Source: an uncultured Pseudomonadota bacterium
Lineage (GTDB): Bacteria > Babelota > Babeliae > Babelales > Chromulinivoraceae
Direction: 5' to 3'
DNA length: 64,000 nucleotides
Assembly: GCA_964406135.1 (NCBI GenBank)
Contig: CAYOQO010000001.1
Location: 34,439-98,438 of the forward strand
Made by a program: the position numbers and the translations under genes. Shown here piece after piece: positions 56,860-64,000 of the stretch. The notes beneath the pieces were generated by a model. That model was given only the letters and a program-made list of their open reading frames with translations, ran no database searches and was not told where the DNA came from. Each line of letters begins with the position of its first letter. The stretch's first letter is position 1.

Positions 56860-58737
56860 TTAAAAGTTGAGTGATCCTTGAAGACCAGCGCTCCACATTT
56901 GAACAGCATTGTTTGTATTGTTTGTAAACTCTGCACTGCCAATGAATGATAAGTTTGGAGTGTAGCGGCAATCATTCCATGTGTAACCAAACTGTGCAAA
57001 TACTTTACCAGTGAAAGCTTTTGCAGCAGCAGCACCACAGATATCCAATGCTTCATTTAAATCTTGCGGGATACGATTTGTTGAAACACGACCGTCAACA
57101 ACTCCTGTTGGCCATGCGCCTGACGCTGGGAAACCAAATGGAGCTGTAGTGCCTGTCAATTGAACTGCATTTTGTGATTTATTGATTTTTGCTGCAGGTT
57201 CACATAAAGGAATTACAGAAGGAACTGCTGTATAAGTTGAGCTTGCAAATGTAGATATTGTTGCGTCTGGGTTAGAGCCACCAGCTTGACGACCAACAAC
57301 TGCAAAATTATTTAAATTTTCTTTGTGTTGATCAACACATGAACACATGTCGATGCTTACAGTTTCTTTTGTTCTACCCCAGAATTCACCAGCAACTGCC
57401 AAATTCCAGTTATTGTGATGATAATCAAACATTAATGATGCTGAACCTTCAGCTGCAAATTTTGAAAATACTGGAAGTGTTGTAATATTAATTGCTTGAG
57501 TTAAAGATCCTGCAACAAAACCTGTTGTATTCGCAGTAGTTGCGACTGAAGCAGCTTCTTGATGATAGTGCTGTAAAAGAATATATTTTGAACCAAGACC
57601 GTTTGCTTTTAAGTCAAATGAACGCATGCTTGGAGTTCTGCCTGGAAGAAGGTGTAAAACTTCACCTTGGAACCAAACATCTAAATATTTAGATTTAGCG
57701 TCATTTTCCCAAGCTTTGTAATGACCAACAACGTCAGCACCAACGCCCCAAGCGCCGCCACGACCAAATATTGGCTCAAGAGCATAACGTGCTGTTGGAA
57801 CGTTGCCTGTTGGGCATGTTGTTTTAAAACCAAGACCAAAGAAACCTTTTTCATTTGCAAATACGTTATAACCAAGAACAAATGAAAGATCTGCTAAACG
57901 AATTTCAGTTTGTTTGCATGTTGAAATTCTACCATAGTGAAGTTCTGTTTGGTATGGTTGACGCATAGTATCAAGTGTACCATTGCTTCCAACGCCACCA
58001 GCAATTGAAGCGCCAACGTTTTCTGCGCGATTTGCTAAGCTTGGATAGTTTGTGACATAATTAATATTTGCAGGTCCAGTTGTGACTTGTGAAAAATAAT
58101 TTACATCTCTTCTTTCAGAAGTATCTGTCATTTGAGGATCGATACTGATTGCGCCAATTGGAGCATGAACTTTAAAATACATTCCGTGTTCATCTTTTTT
58201 ATGAACAAAATACAGCATAAAATCTGTACCAACTTGAGTAATTTTTGGATTGATAGTTAATGTTCCACTAATTACATTTGGATCATAATTTAAACCTGTA
58301 GGTGTACCTGTTGTTGTTGGAATAGTTCCGCCAGCAGCATTACCACATCCAAAGTTCCACATATCGATATCTGCAGTACCACCGTTGTTACCAACAGTCA
58401 TTGCATTTGTTCCTGCAGCACCCCAAGAGAACATTGAACCTAGATTTTTGCAGCTGTTACACTTTGCACCAAAATTTTGCATATATTGAGTTGCAAATGA
58501 AAAAGTTCCATTCCATTCATCGCGATGACTTTCAGTTTGGAATAAGTTTTTTTCTAGAGTGATTTCACGAGAAGCATCCGATGAGAAGGCGCGAGGGAAC
58601 CAAGTATTTTTACTTTGAGAACACGGTTGATTTGAACAAACTGCTGAGCAGTCAATACCTGAAACAGAACAGGCATTAACAATTTGACCTATCGTTAAGA
58701 TTGCGGCTACTTTGAGCCATAAAGTATTTTTTTTCAC
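56860..58737 (-). CDS. Outer-membrane beta-barrel (porin/MOMP-like) protein, paralog B
   Basis: GTG start behind an AAAGGAG SD (VKKNTLWLKVAAILTIGQIVNA signal peptide). Cys-rich N-terminus CSVSGIDCSAVCSNQPCSQ. C-terminal ...LQGSLNF. The ORF-track start at 58899 lacks an SD. Confidence 0.7.
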   Translation of the reverse strand: MKKNTLWLKVAAILTIGQIVNACSVSGIDCSAVCSNQPCSQSKNTWFPRAFSSDASREITLEKNLFQTESHRDEWNGTFSFATQYMQNFGAKCNSCKNLGSMFSWGAAGTNAMTVGNNGGTADIDMWNFGCGNAAGGTIPTTTGTPTGLNYDPNVISGTLTINPKITQVGTDFMLYFVHKKDEHGMYFKVHAPIGAISIDPQMTDTSERRDVNYFSQVTTGPANINYVTNYPSLANRAENVGASIAGGVGSNGTLDTMRQPYQTELHYGRISTCKQTEIRLADLSFVLGYNVFANEKGFFGLGFKTTCPTGNVPTARYALEPIFGRGGAWGVGADVVGHYKAWENDAKSKYLDVWFQGEVLHLLPGRTPSMRSFDLKANGLGSKYILLQHYHQEAASVATTANTTGFVAGSLTQAINITTLPVFSKFAAEGSASLMFDYHHNNWNLAVAGEFWGRTKETVSIDMCSCVDQHKENLNNFAVVGRQAGGSNPDATISTFASSTYTAVPSVIPLCEPAAKINKSQNAVQLTGTTAPFGFPASGAWPTGVVDGRVSTNRIPQDLNEALDICGAAAAKAFTGKVFAQFGYTWNDCRYTPNLSFIGSAEFTNNTNNAVQMWSAGLQGSLNF

Positions 58738-59035
58738 AAGGACTCCTTTTTTTAAAATACCAACATAACAGAATGACACAGCAAATCTAAAATAATAAAA
58801 AAAATAAAGCAATGGTTTCAAATCCTTCAGCCCGATTTTGGCTTCAAAAAGATAATTTTGCTTGTTGACGAAAAACTGTACTTTCCAAGAAATTATCAAT
58901 TTTTGGGGCTGATTTTTTTACCCGCCCTGAATCATCGTAACTCGCATAAGCCCTATTATGTATCCGTAACCAATAATTTTTCAAAAAACCTTAAAGGCTG
59001 CTACAGATCTTGATTTTCAAGATTTTTGAAACTTT

Positions 59036-60205
59036 TTAAAACAATTTTGGAAGTTGGCAATGAAAAGTCCCTAAAGCGTCGTCGGTTAAAATCAATGAAC
59101 GTTTTTGTAAAATGCTTAAGCTTGAGGATATTCCACAATAAATTGCGTTATTAATAATGCGCGGAGCAAATAAATGCGAATTTCTACTTATTGGTTGAAG
59201 TCCGTAGGGATCCGTTTGCTCAATGCTTTTTGAAGCATGATTATAACGAGCAATCTGGCATGTTTGAGATAAATGATTAAAGCTTACAAAGTAAATTGAT
59301 TCTGCGGTATAAATTGGCAAAAGTGGATAAATTGATTCGTAAAGACGCTCTGGATTTATACCAATAAGCAATATTTTTGGCAGCTGAAAAACAAATAAAT
59401 TTCTTATATCCCATGAGCCATCAATGCTTTTGTTTAACTCATTGCACGTAAATTCAAAAAAATCAGACTCTTCACTTTCTTTTTGTGTAAAATTTAAAAA
59501 GAATCCATGCTCTTCGCTTTGCATAGAAAGAAAGCATGGCCGCTGCTCACTATTCGAAAAAGTAAAAATCTTTTCACTGCTTGCAAAATTTGATGACTCT
59601 TTTTTTTCTTGCTTTTGATTAATTTGAAAAAAAACAGATAAAAATTTTTCTGTCCATGGCGTTTTGCAAATTGCATATTCATTATGTTGATTTTTATTTA
59701 TATAAAAAAGAGTGCCATTTATTTTTTGAGGATATAAATCATCGCAAGAATCTTGCATATTTGATAATGAATAAATAGTGCTGCTCCGATTTGAAATATC
59801 ACATAAAAAAATTTTAAAATTATTTTCGTATTTTCCCATAAAATAAAATTGTTCATCACTGATCCAAGTAATGCAAGATATTGCAGAAATCGGTTCGTAC
59901 AATGGAATAACTCGAGGAGTTCGTTTATTAAAATATTTAATTTTTATTCTGCCGCGATCTATAAAACTGCATGCATTTTTACTTGGCAATATTTGTACCG
60001 ACGAAGGTAAAAAAAGAGAACTTAATTCTTTAAAAGCTACCAATTCTTTGGTATTCCACATCCATAACTCAAGATCATCAGGAGTTGTTTGATGAATCAG
60101 AAGCAGGTTTTCATCATCAATCGCTCCAACAGGATAAAGATATTCCGTACAATCAATCGTCATTGAAAACAAAATTAAAAACGTAAAAAAAATAAATTTA
60201 TTCAA
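59036..60205 (-). CDS. Hypothetical secreted protein
   Basis: Signal peptide MNKFIFFTFLILFSMT. No family recognised. Confidence 0.5.
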   Translation of the reverse strand: MNKFIFFTFLILFSMTIDCTEYLYPVGAIDDENLLLIHQTTPDDLELWMWNTKELVAFKELSSLFLPSSVQILPSKNACSFIDRGRIKIKYFNKRTPRVIPLYEPISAISCITWISDEQFYFMGKYENNFKIFLCDISNRSSTIYSLSNMQDSCDDLYPQKINGTLFYINKNQHNEYAICKTPWTEKFLSVFFQINQKQEKKESSNFASSEKIFTFSNSEQRPCFLSMQSEEHGFFLNFTQKESEESDFFEFTCNELNKSIDGSWDIRNLFVFQLPKILLIGINPERLYESIYPLLPIYTAESIYFVSFNHLSQTCQIARYNHASKSIEQTDPYGLQPISRNSHLFAPRIINNAIYCGISSSLSILQKRSLILTDDALGTFHCQLPKLF

Positions 60206-60327
60206 GCAAGCTCCTTTAATTTTTTACACGACTGACTTAAGTTCTACCAGTAGAGCATTCGATCGTCAATTTTTTAAAAAGTGCAACAATCCGCATAATT
60301 GGTTTTTGTTTTGACAAAAAAATTATT

Positions 60328-61338
60328 TCATGCCGTTTTTTTAACTAATTTTTTAAATTTTTTAATGAATTTTTTTTTATTCATTTTACTTTGAAATATT
60401 TTAAGTTCATGTATCTGTAATATGCACTCTGCTAAATTAATTGACCCTAAAATAGTATGTTTTTGGAGCAAGTGTTCAACCTGTGATGGTAAAAAACTTT
60501 TGTTACAGCTTGATAAAATTATTGCCAAGCACCCAGCCATGCATGCTGTTGCCATCGAACTACCAGATACTTTTGTTATTACAAAATTCTGTGTTAATTT
60601 TAGCCACATAAAAACTGCAAGATCTTTTCCCGGCATCATAAATTTTAAAAAGTTCACTGAACAAATTTGGTACGTATTTTTTTGTATAAATTCAGAATTT
60701 TTTTCTGCCATAACAACATACGTAAACGTTTTTAAAAGATTTTTGATCTGTTGATTTTGCAAGTCATTGGTATTATCAAAATCATCAATATGTAAACTTA
60801 AACAAACAATATCAACTAATTCCTGCTGCAATTTTTGCAAAGCTTGAATTAAAGTTTGTTTACTACACAATCCATCATCATTAAAAATTGGTACTGATAT
60901 AATTTCAACATACGGAGCAATTTGACGAATTAAACTTGCAACCGATGCCCCATGATTTTTTTTTAACTGTTTTTCAGAAAAATCACTTAATTTTTTCAAA
61001 TTTGGTGAAAAATTTTTAACCCCGCCTTGTGTTTGATCGCAAATGCAAAATCTTTCAAAATTTTGCATTTTTGCCACACCTTTTAAAAAATATTCAGAAT
61101 TGAATTTTTTTTGTTGATAAAAATCTATCATTTCTGAAGTTTCATGAAAATGAGTATCCAAAATTGCAACCTTAACCCCTTTTCCGGGATTTTGAATATG
61201 ATCAGATAATTTTTCTAAATTTAAAATTTTTAAATGCCAAAATAGGTCAAAATTTTTTTGAACAGGAAAAAAAACAAAAGAGCTTAATTTTGAAAAAAAT
61301 AAAAACAAAATAAAAAAGAGCAACTTTTGAACTTCCAT
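60328..61338 (-). CDS. Small secreted subtilisin-like (S8) serine peptidase candidate with a Lys-rich tail
   Basis: Asp-His-Ser order motifs GVKVAILDTHF, NHGASVASLI and VSGSSMATACMAG. Signal peptide. C-terminus KMNKKKFIKKFKKLVKK. Confidence 0.55.
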   Translation of the reverse strand: MEVQKLLFFILFLFFSKLSSFVFFPVQKNFDLFWHLKILNLEKLSDHIQNPGKGVKVAILDTHFHETSEMIDFYQQKKFNSEYFLKGVAKMQNFERFCICDQTQGGVKNFSPNLKKLSDFSEKQLKKNHGASVASLIRQIAPYVEIISVPIFNDDGLCSKQTLIQALQKLQQELVDIVCLSLHIDDFDNTNDLQNQQIKNLLKTFTYVVMAEKNSEFIQKNTYQICSVNFLKFMMPGKDLAVFMWLKLTQNFVITKVSGSSMATACMAGCLAIILSSCNKSFLPSQVEHLLQKHTILGSINLAECILQIHELKIFQSKMNKKKFIKKFKKLVKKTA

Positions 61339-61400
61339 ACATACTCCTCACTTAACCTTACTCTGATTATTCATGAAGAGTCAAAATTTAAAAAATGATC

Positions 61401-61445
61401 AAAAAAAATTTCCATCGCATTAGTACGAATACCAATGCGATGGAA
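61401..61445 (-). terminator. Rho-independent terminator downstream of recF
   Basis: 12-bp stem TTCCATCGCATT/AATGCGATGGAA. The A8 run on the plus-strand 5' side is a T-run on the minus strand. Confidence 0.7.
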
Positions 61446-61611
61446 AAAAGGAGAGTAGTAATGAAGCCTAAGTTAAAATTTGACAAGAATGTTTACAGTT
61501 GTAATTTTTTTGAAATTTTCTATAAACATTTATATCATTAATAATTTTAACACTTCTGGCTTTTCTGTCAACAGGTTTAGGGCTAAAAACGCAGACTCTA
61601 AAGGCATTATT

Positions 61612-62679
61612 TCAGGATTTTAGTGATACCACGTCTGGATCGGCCTTGCCAAGCAAATCTTGAAGACTAGAATCAAAAAAAGGCGCTGTAATAATAATTT
61701 GATTTTGACATGAAATTAAAAAATTTATTAAATTTTGTAGTCTTGTTTTGTCAAAATCTGAGATAAAATCATCAATTAAAAGGAGCGGTTTTTCTTGACC
61801 TTTCGGCTGAATCAGGACTAAAGACAGTTTGCACAGCAGCGAAATCAACTTTTGTTGTCCTCGAGATGCAAAAATTTGAGCTTTTTGGCCTCTAATTTGA
61901 ATGATTAAATCATCTAAATGGGCACCAAAAAGCGACCTTTTGAGCATTCGTTCCTGCCCTATCAAGCTTTCAACAAATCCTGTTACAAGAGTCGCTTTAG
62001 GCTCATACAAAAGAGAAATTTCATAAATATCATCAAAAAACTGATGAATCAATGAATTCACCATATTTTCTATCTGAATCATTATATTTTGACGAAAAGA
62101 TTGAATTTTTGAAGTGACTTCAATTAATTTTTGAGTCCAAATATCAAATTCCGAAAAATCAAACGAATGATAATTTCGCTCTAAAAAAGCATTGCGTTGT
62201 TGCAAAATTTGCTTAAATTCACGATACAACGATAGAGCTTCGGGATGAGCCAGCAGAACTGCTTGGTCAATAAAAGCTCGCCTACCAGCAGGATACCCCT
62301 TAACAAGATCAATATCATCTTCTGTAAGTGTCACAACTTGAAATATTGAAAGTATTTCTTTGTACGATGTTACTGGTTTTTGATTAAATTTTATCGATTT
62401 TCGTTTTCCCGCATAGCCAACTTGAATGGCATGTTGTTCAGTCAATTGCTCTGTTCTAAAAACCCCTTTTAAAAAAAATGCATCGGTTCCTGCATGCATT
62501 AAATCAGATACCACATGAGAACGAAACGACTTAAAATAAGAAAGATAATAAATAGCTTCAATGATTGAAGTTTTCCCTACTCCATTATCTCCCGTAATTA
62601 AAGTTACCGGCGCAGAAAATTGTAATTTTTTATCGGCAAAACAACGAAACTGTTGTAGTTGCAATTCTTCTAAAAACAA
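61612..62679 (-). CDS. recF: DNA replication and repair protein RecF
   Basis: FRCF......F...VTLITGDNGVGKTSIIEAIYYLS Walker A; C-terminal LLLIDDFISDFD Walker B/signature. dnaN-recF synteny. Confidence 0.9.
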   Translation of the reverse strand: MFLEELQLQQFRCFADKKLQFSAPVTLITGDNGVGKTSIIEAIYYLSYFKSFRSHVVSDLMHAGTDAFFLKGVFRTEQLTEQHAIQVGYAGKRKSIKFNQKPVTSYKEILSIFQVVTLTEDDIDLVKGYPAGRRAFIDQAVLLAHPEALSLYREFKQILQQRNAFLERNYHSFDFSEFDIWTQKLIEVTSKIQSFRQNIMIQIENMVNSLIHQFFDDIYEISLLYEPKATLVTGFVESLIGQERMLKRSLFGAHLDDLIIQIRGQKAQIFASRGQQKLISLLCKLSLVLIQPKGQEKPLLLIDDFISDFDKTRLQNLINFLISCQNQIIITAPFFDSSLQDLLGKADPDVVSLKS

Positions 62680-62691
62680 TTGATTCTCATG

Positions 62692-63813
62692 TTACATATT
62701 GTTCGCAGAAACTGGCATCACCAAATACATTAAATGATACATATCACCTTCTGCTTTAAAAATAATTGGACGAGCATTGTTTTTTAAAAAAAAGGTTAAT
62801 TGATCACTATCAAATGATTGAAGACCTTGCAAAAGATACGGTGAATAAAATCTCATTTCTAATTTTTCAGCATCAAAATTACCAATTGATAATGTTTCTT
62901 CCAAATTTCCAATATCATTGTTTTTCATAAAAACTTTTAATTGGTTTTTATTAAACGTAAAATTAGTTGCCAAAAACTGTCCTGAAAGCAAGCATGATGA
63001 TCTTCGTAAAGTTTTGACAAAATCAGATTTGCTCAAAGTTGCAGGAATAAAAGAATCATGCTGTAAAATTGATTCATATTTTGGAAATTCATCTGCTAAA
63101 AGCCGTGTAAAAAAATTAAAATGATCACCGGAAAATACCAATTGTTGCTCGCAAGTTCCTAAAAAAATCATTGTTGCTGCAGAATTTTCAAGTATTTTTT
63201 TTAATTCAAAAATTGCACGGCGTGGAAGCAACCATTTTTTTTCTTTTTCAAGTACATAGCGATCAGATGTTACTTGAGCTAAGCAATGACCATCAGTTGA
63301 TGTTAATTTAAATTCTTTAGCCGAAATTTCTAAAAATAAGCCATTAAGCGATGGTGTTGCATTGTTTTGAGGAATTAAAAAGGAAACTTTACCAAGCATG
63401 TTAGATAAAAATTGAGCATCTATTTGCATTAAATTTTCAATGCGTTCAGGCAGTGGTGGAAATTCTTCAGCACTTTTAATATTGAATGAAACATTAATAT
63501 GTTGTTGTGATTTTAAAGTAATTTGACTGTCATCAACGATACATTCAATATCACCATCCATTTCTTTGACAATATCAAAAATCTTTTTTCCAGGAACTAA
63601 AAATTGTGCAAACTCTGTAGAACTTGTTGTGAGCAAGCAACTATACTGCAAACTAATTTCCAAGTCTGTTGCTTTCAAGATTAATTCTTTGTTTGAAATT
63701 TGAAACAAAATGCATGACGTTGAAGGCATTGTTGTTTTTTTTGTACAAATTGGTTGCATGAAAAATAATGTTGTCAATAAATCTTTTTGACTCACCACAA
63801 ATGAATAACTCAT
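62692..63813 (-). CDS. dnaN: DNA polymerase III beta sliding clamp
   Basis: 373 aa with a three-domain clamp pattern (..LLTTL..........P.....ILF......L.L.ATDLEIS..., ...LPRRAI.EL.K.L..., C-terminal ...YLVMPV). Lies immediately upstream of recF. Confidence 0.85.
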   Translation of the reverse strand: MSYSFVVSQKDLLTTLFFMQPICTKKTTMPSTSCILFQISNKELILKATDLEISLQYSCLLTTSSTEFAQFLVPGKKIFDIVKEMDGDIECIVDDSQITLKSQQHINVSFNIKSAEEFPPLPERIENLMQIDAQFLSNMLGKVSFLIPQNNATPSLNGLFLEISAKEFKLTSTDGHCLAQVTSDRYVLEKEKKWLLPRRAIFELKKILENSAATMIFLGTCEQQLVFSGDHFNFFTRLLADEFPKYESILQHDSFIPATLSKSDFVKTLRRSSCLLSGQFLATNFTFNKNQLKVFMKNNDIGNLEETLSIGNFDAEKLEMRFYSPYLLQGLQSFDSDQLTFFLKNNARPIIFKAEGDMYHLMYLVMPVSANNM

Positions 63814-63895
63814 GAAAACCTTTCTGTATTGTCATAAAAAATGAAACTGGACTTAGTATACAAAAAGGAAACTATTTTCTCAATCCATCTTGTTT

Positions 63896-64000
63896 TTATG
63901 CAGGCACAAAATCTAAATCTTTTGGGGAATTTGTAACTTCTTTTTGATGCTCCTGTTCAAGATTTAAAGCTTCGCCTTTTTTTACTTCTTCCTCTAAAAA
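63896..64000 (-). CDS. 3' end of an unidentified gene (partial, enters from window edge)
   Basis: The minus-strand frame is open from the window edge to TAA (complement of 63896-63898): ...EEEVKKGEALNLEQEHQKEVTNSPKDLDFVPA*. Confidence 0.3.
   Translation of the reverse strand, partial: FLEEEVKKGEALNLEQEHQKEVTNSPKDLDFVPA

Noticed and set aside
47641-58737. Prophage or phage remnant, suggested by the tail-fibre chaperone modules
   Set aside because: The window holds no integrase, terminase, portal, capsid, tape-measure, baseplate or lysis genes. The fibre genes carry Sec signal peptides, which phage tail fibres lack. A remnant cannot be fully excluded without the whole genome.
58811-58835. GGTTTCAAATCC resembling a tRNA T-loop
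   Set aside because: The flanking bases cannot form a T-stem or an acceptor stem, and no cloverleaf can be drawn.
61461-61541. 26-aa sORF (MKPKLKFDKNVYSCNFFEIFYKHLYH) behind a strong AAAGGAGAG SD in the recF/S8-peptidase spacer
   Set aside because: It is too short and compositionally unremarkable to support from sequence alone. The SD-like run may simply be the tail of the terminator hairpin. It would be worth revisiting only if ribosome profiling exists.

Overview
AT-rich bacterial chromosomal window, about 35% GC by eye, with dense coding and TAA, TAG and TGA all used as stops. Recognisable housekeeping genes are an HtrA-family protease, tRNA-Arg(UCG), dnaA, a LolC/E permease, a trxB-trx fusion, pepA, ftsW, murD, ileS, lnt, rplI, dnaB, ruvC, recF and dnaN. 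Between them lie many orphan genes encoding signal-peptide or lipoprotein-type products, an ankyrin-repeat protein and a 2008-aa giant protein. This content fits a host-associated diderm bacterium, possibly Dependentiae/TM6-like, but that placement is inference only. The most unusual locus is 47.6-58.7 kb. There, two paralogous Cys-rich beta-barrel OMP genes flank three Sec-signal-bearing fibre genes with N-x-A-V-G-x-x-A-L repeats. Two fibres end in a phage tail-fibre-type S74 intramolecular-chaperone module, with no other phage genes nearby. The fibre genes have mosaic, near-identical ends, and the third is broken by an in-frame TGA at a Gly position. Other notable items:
- a 3.3-kb single-gene insertion bracketed by duplicated htrA 3' ends
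- a decayed duplication of a GIY-YIG/tRNA-Arg module, including an internally deleted tRNA copy
- an FtsH-like AAA+ protein with the HEXXH motif destroyed
- a lipoprotein-signal TrxR-Trx fusion next to a redox-dead PDI-like protein
- an ankyrin gene wedged between murD and ftsW

No CRISPR array, rRNA or prophage was seen.
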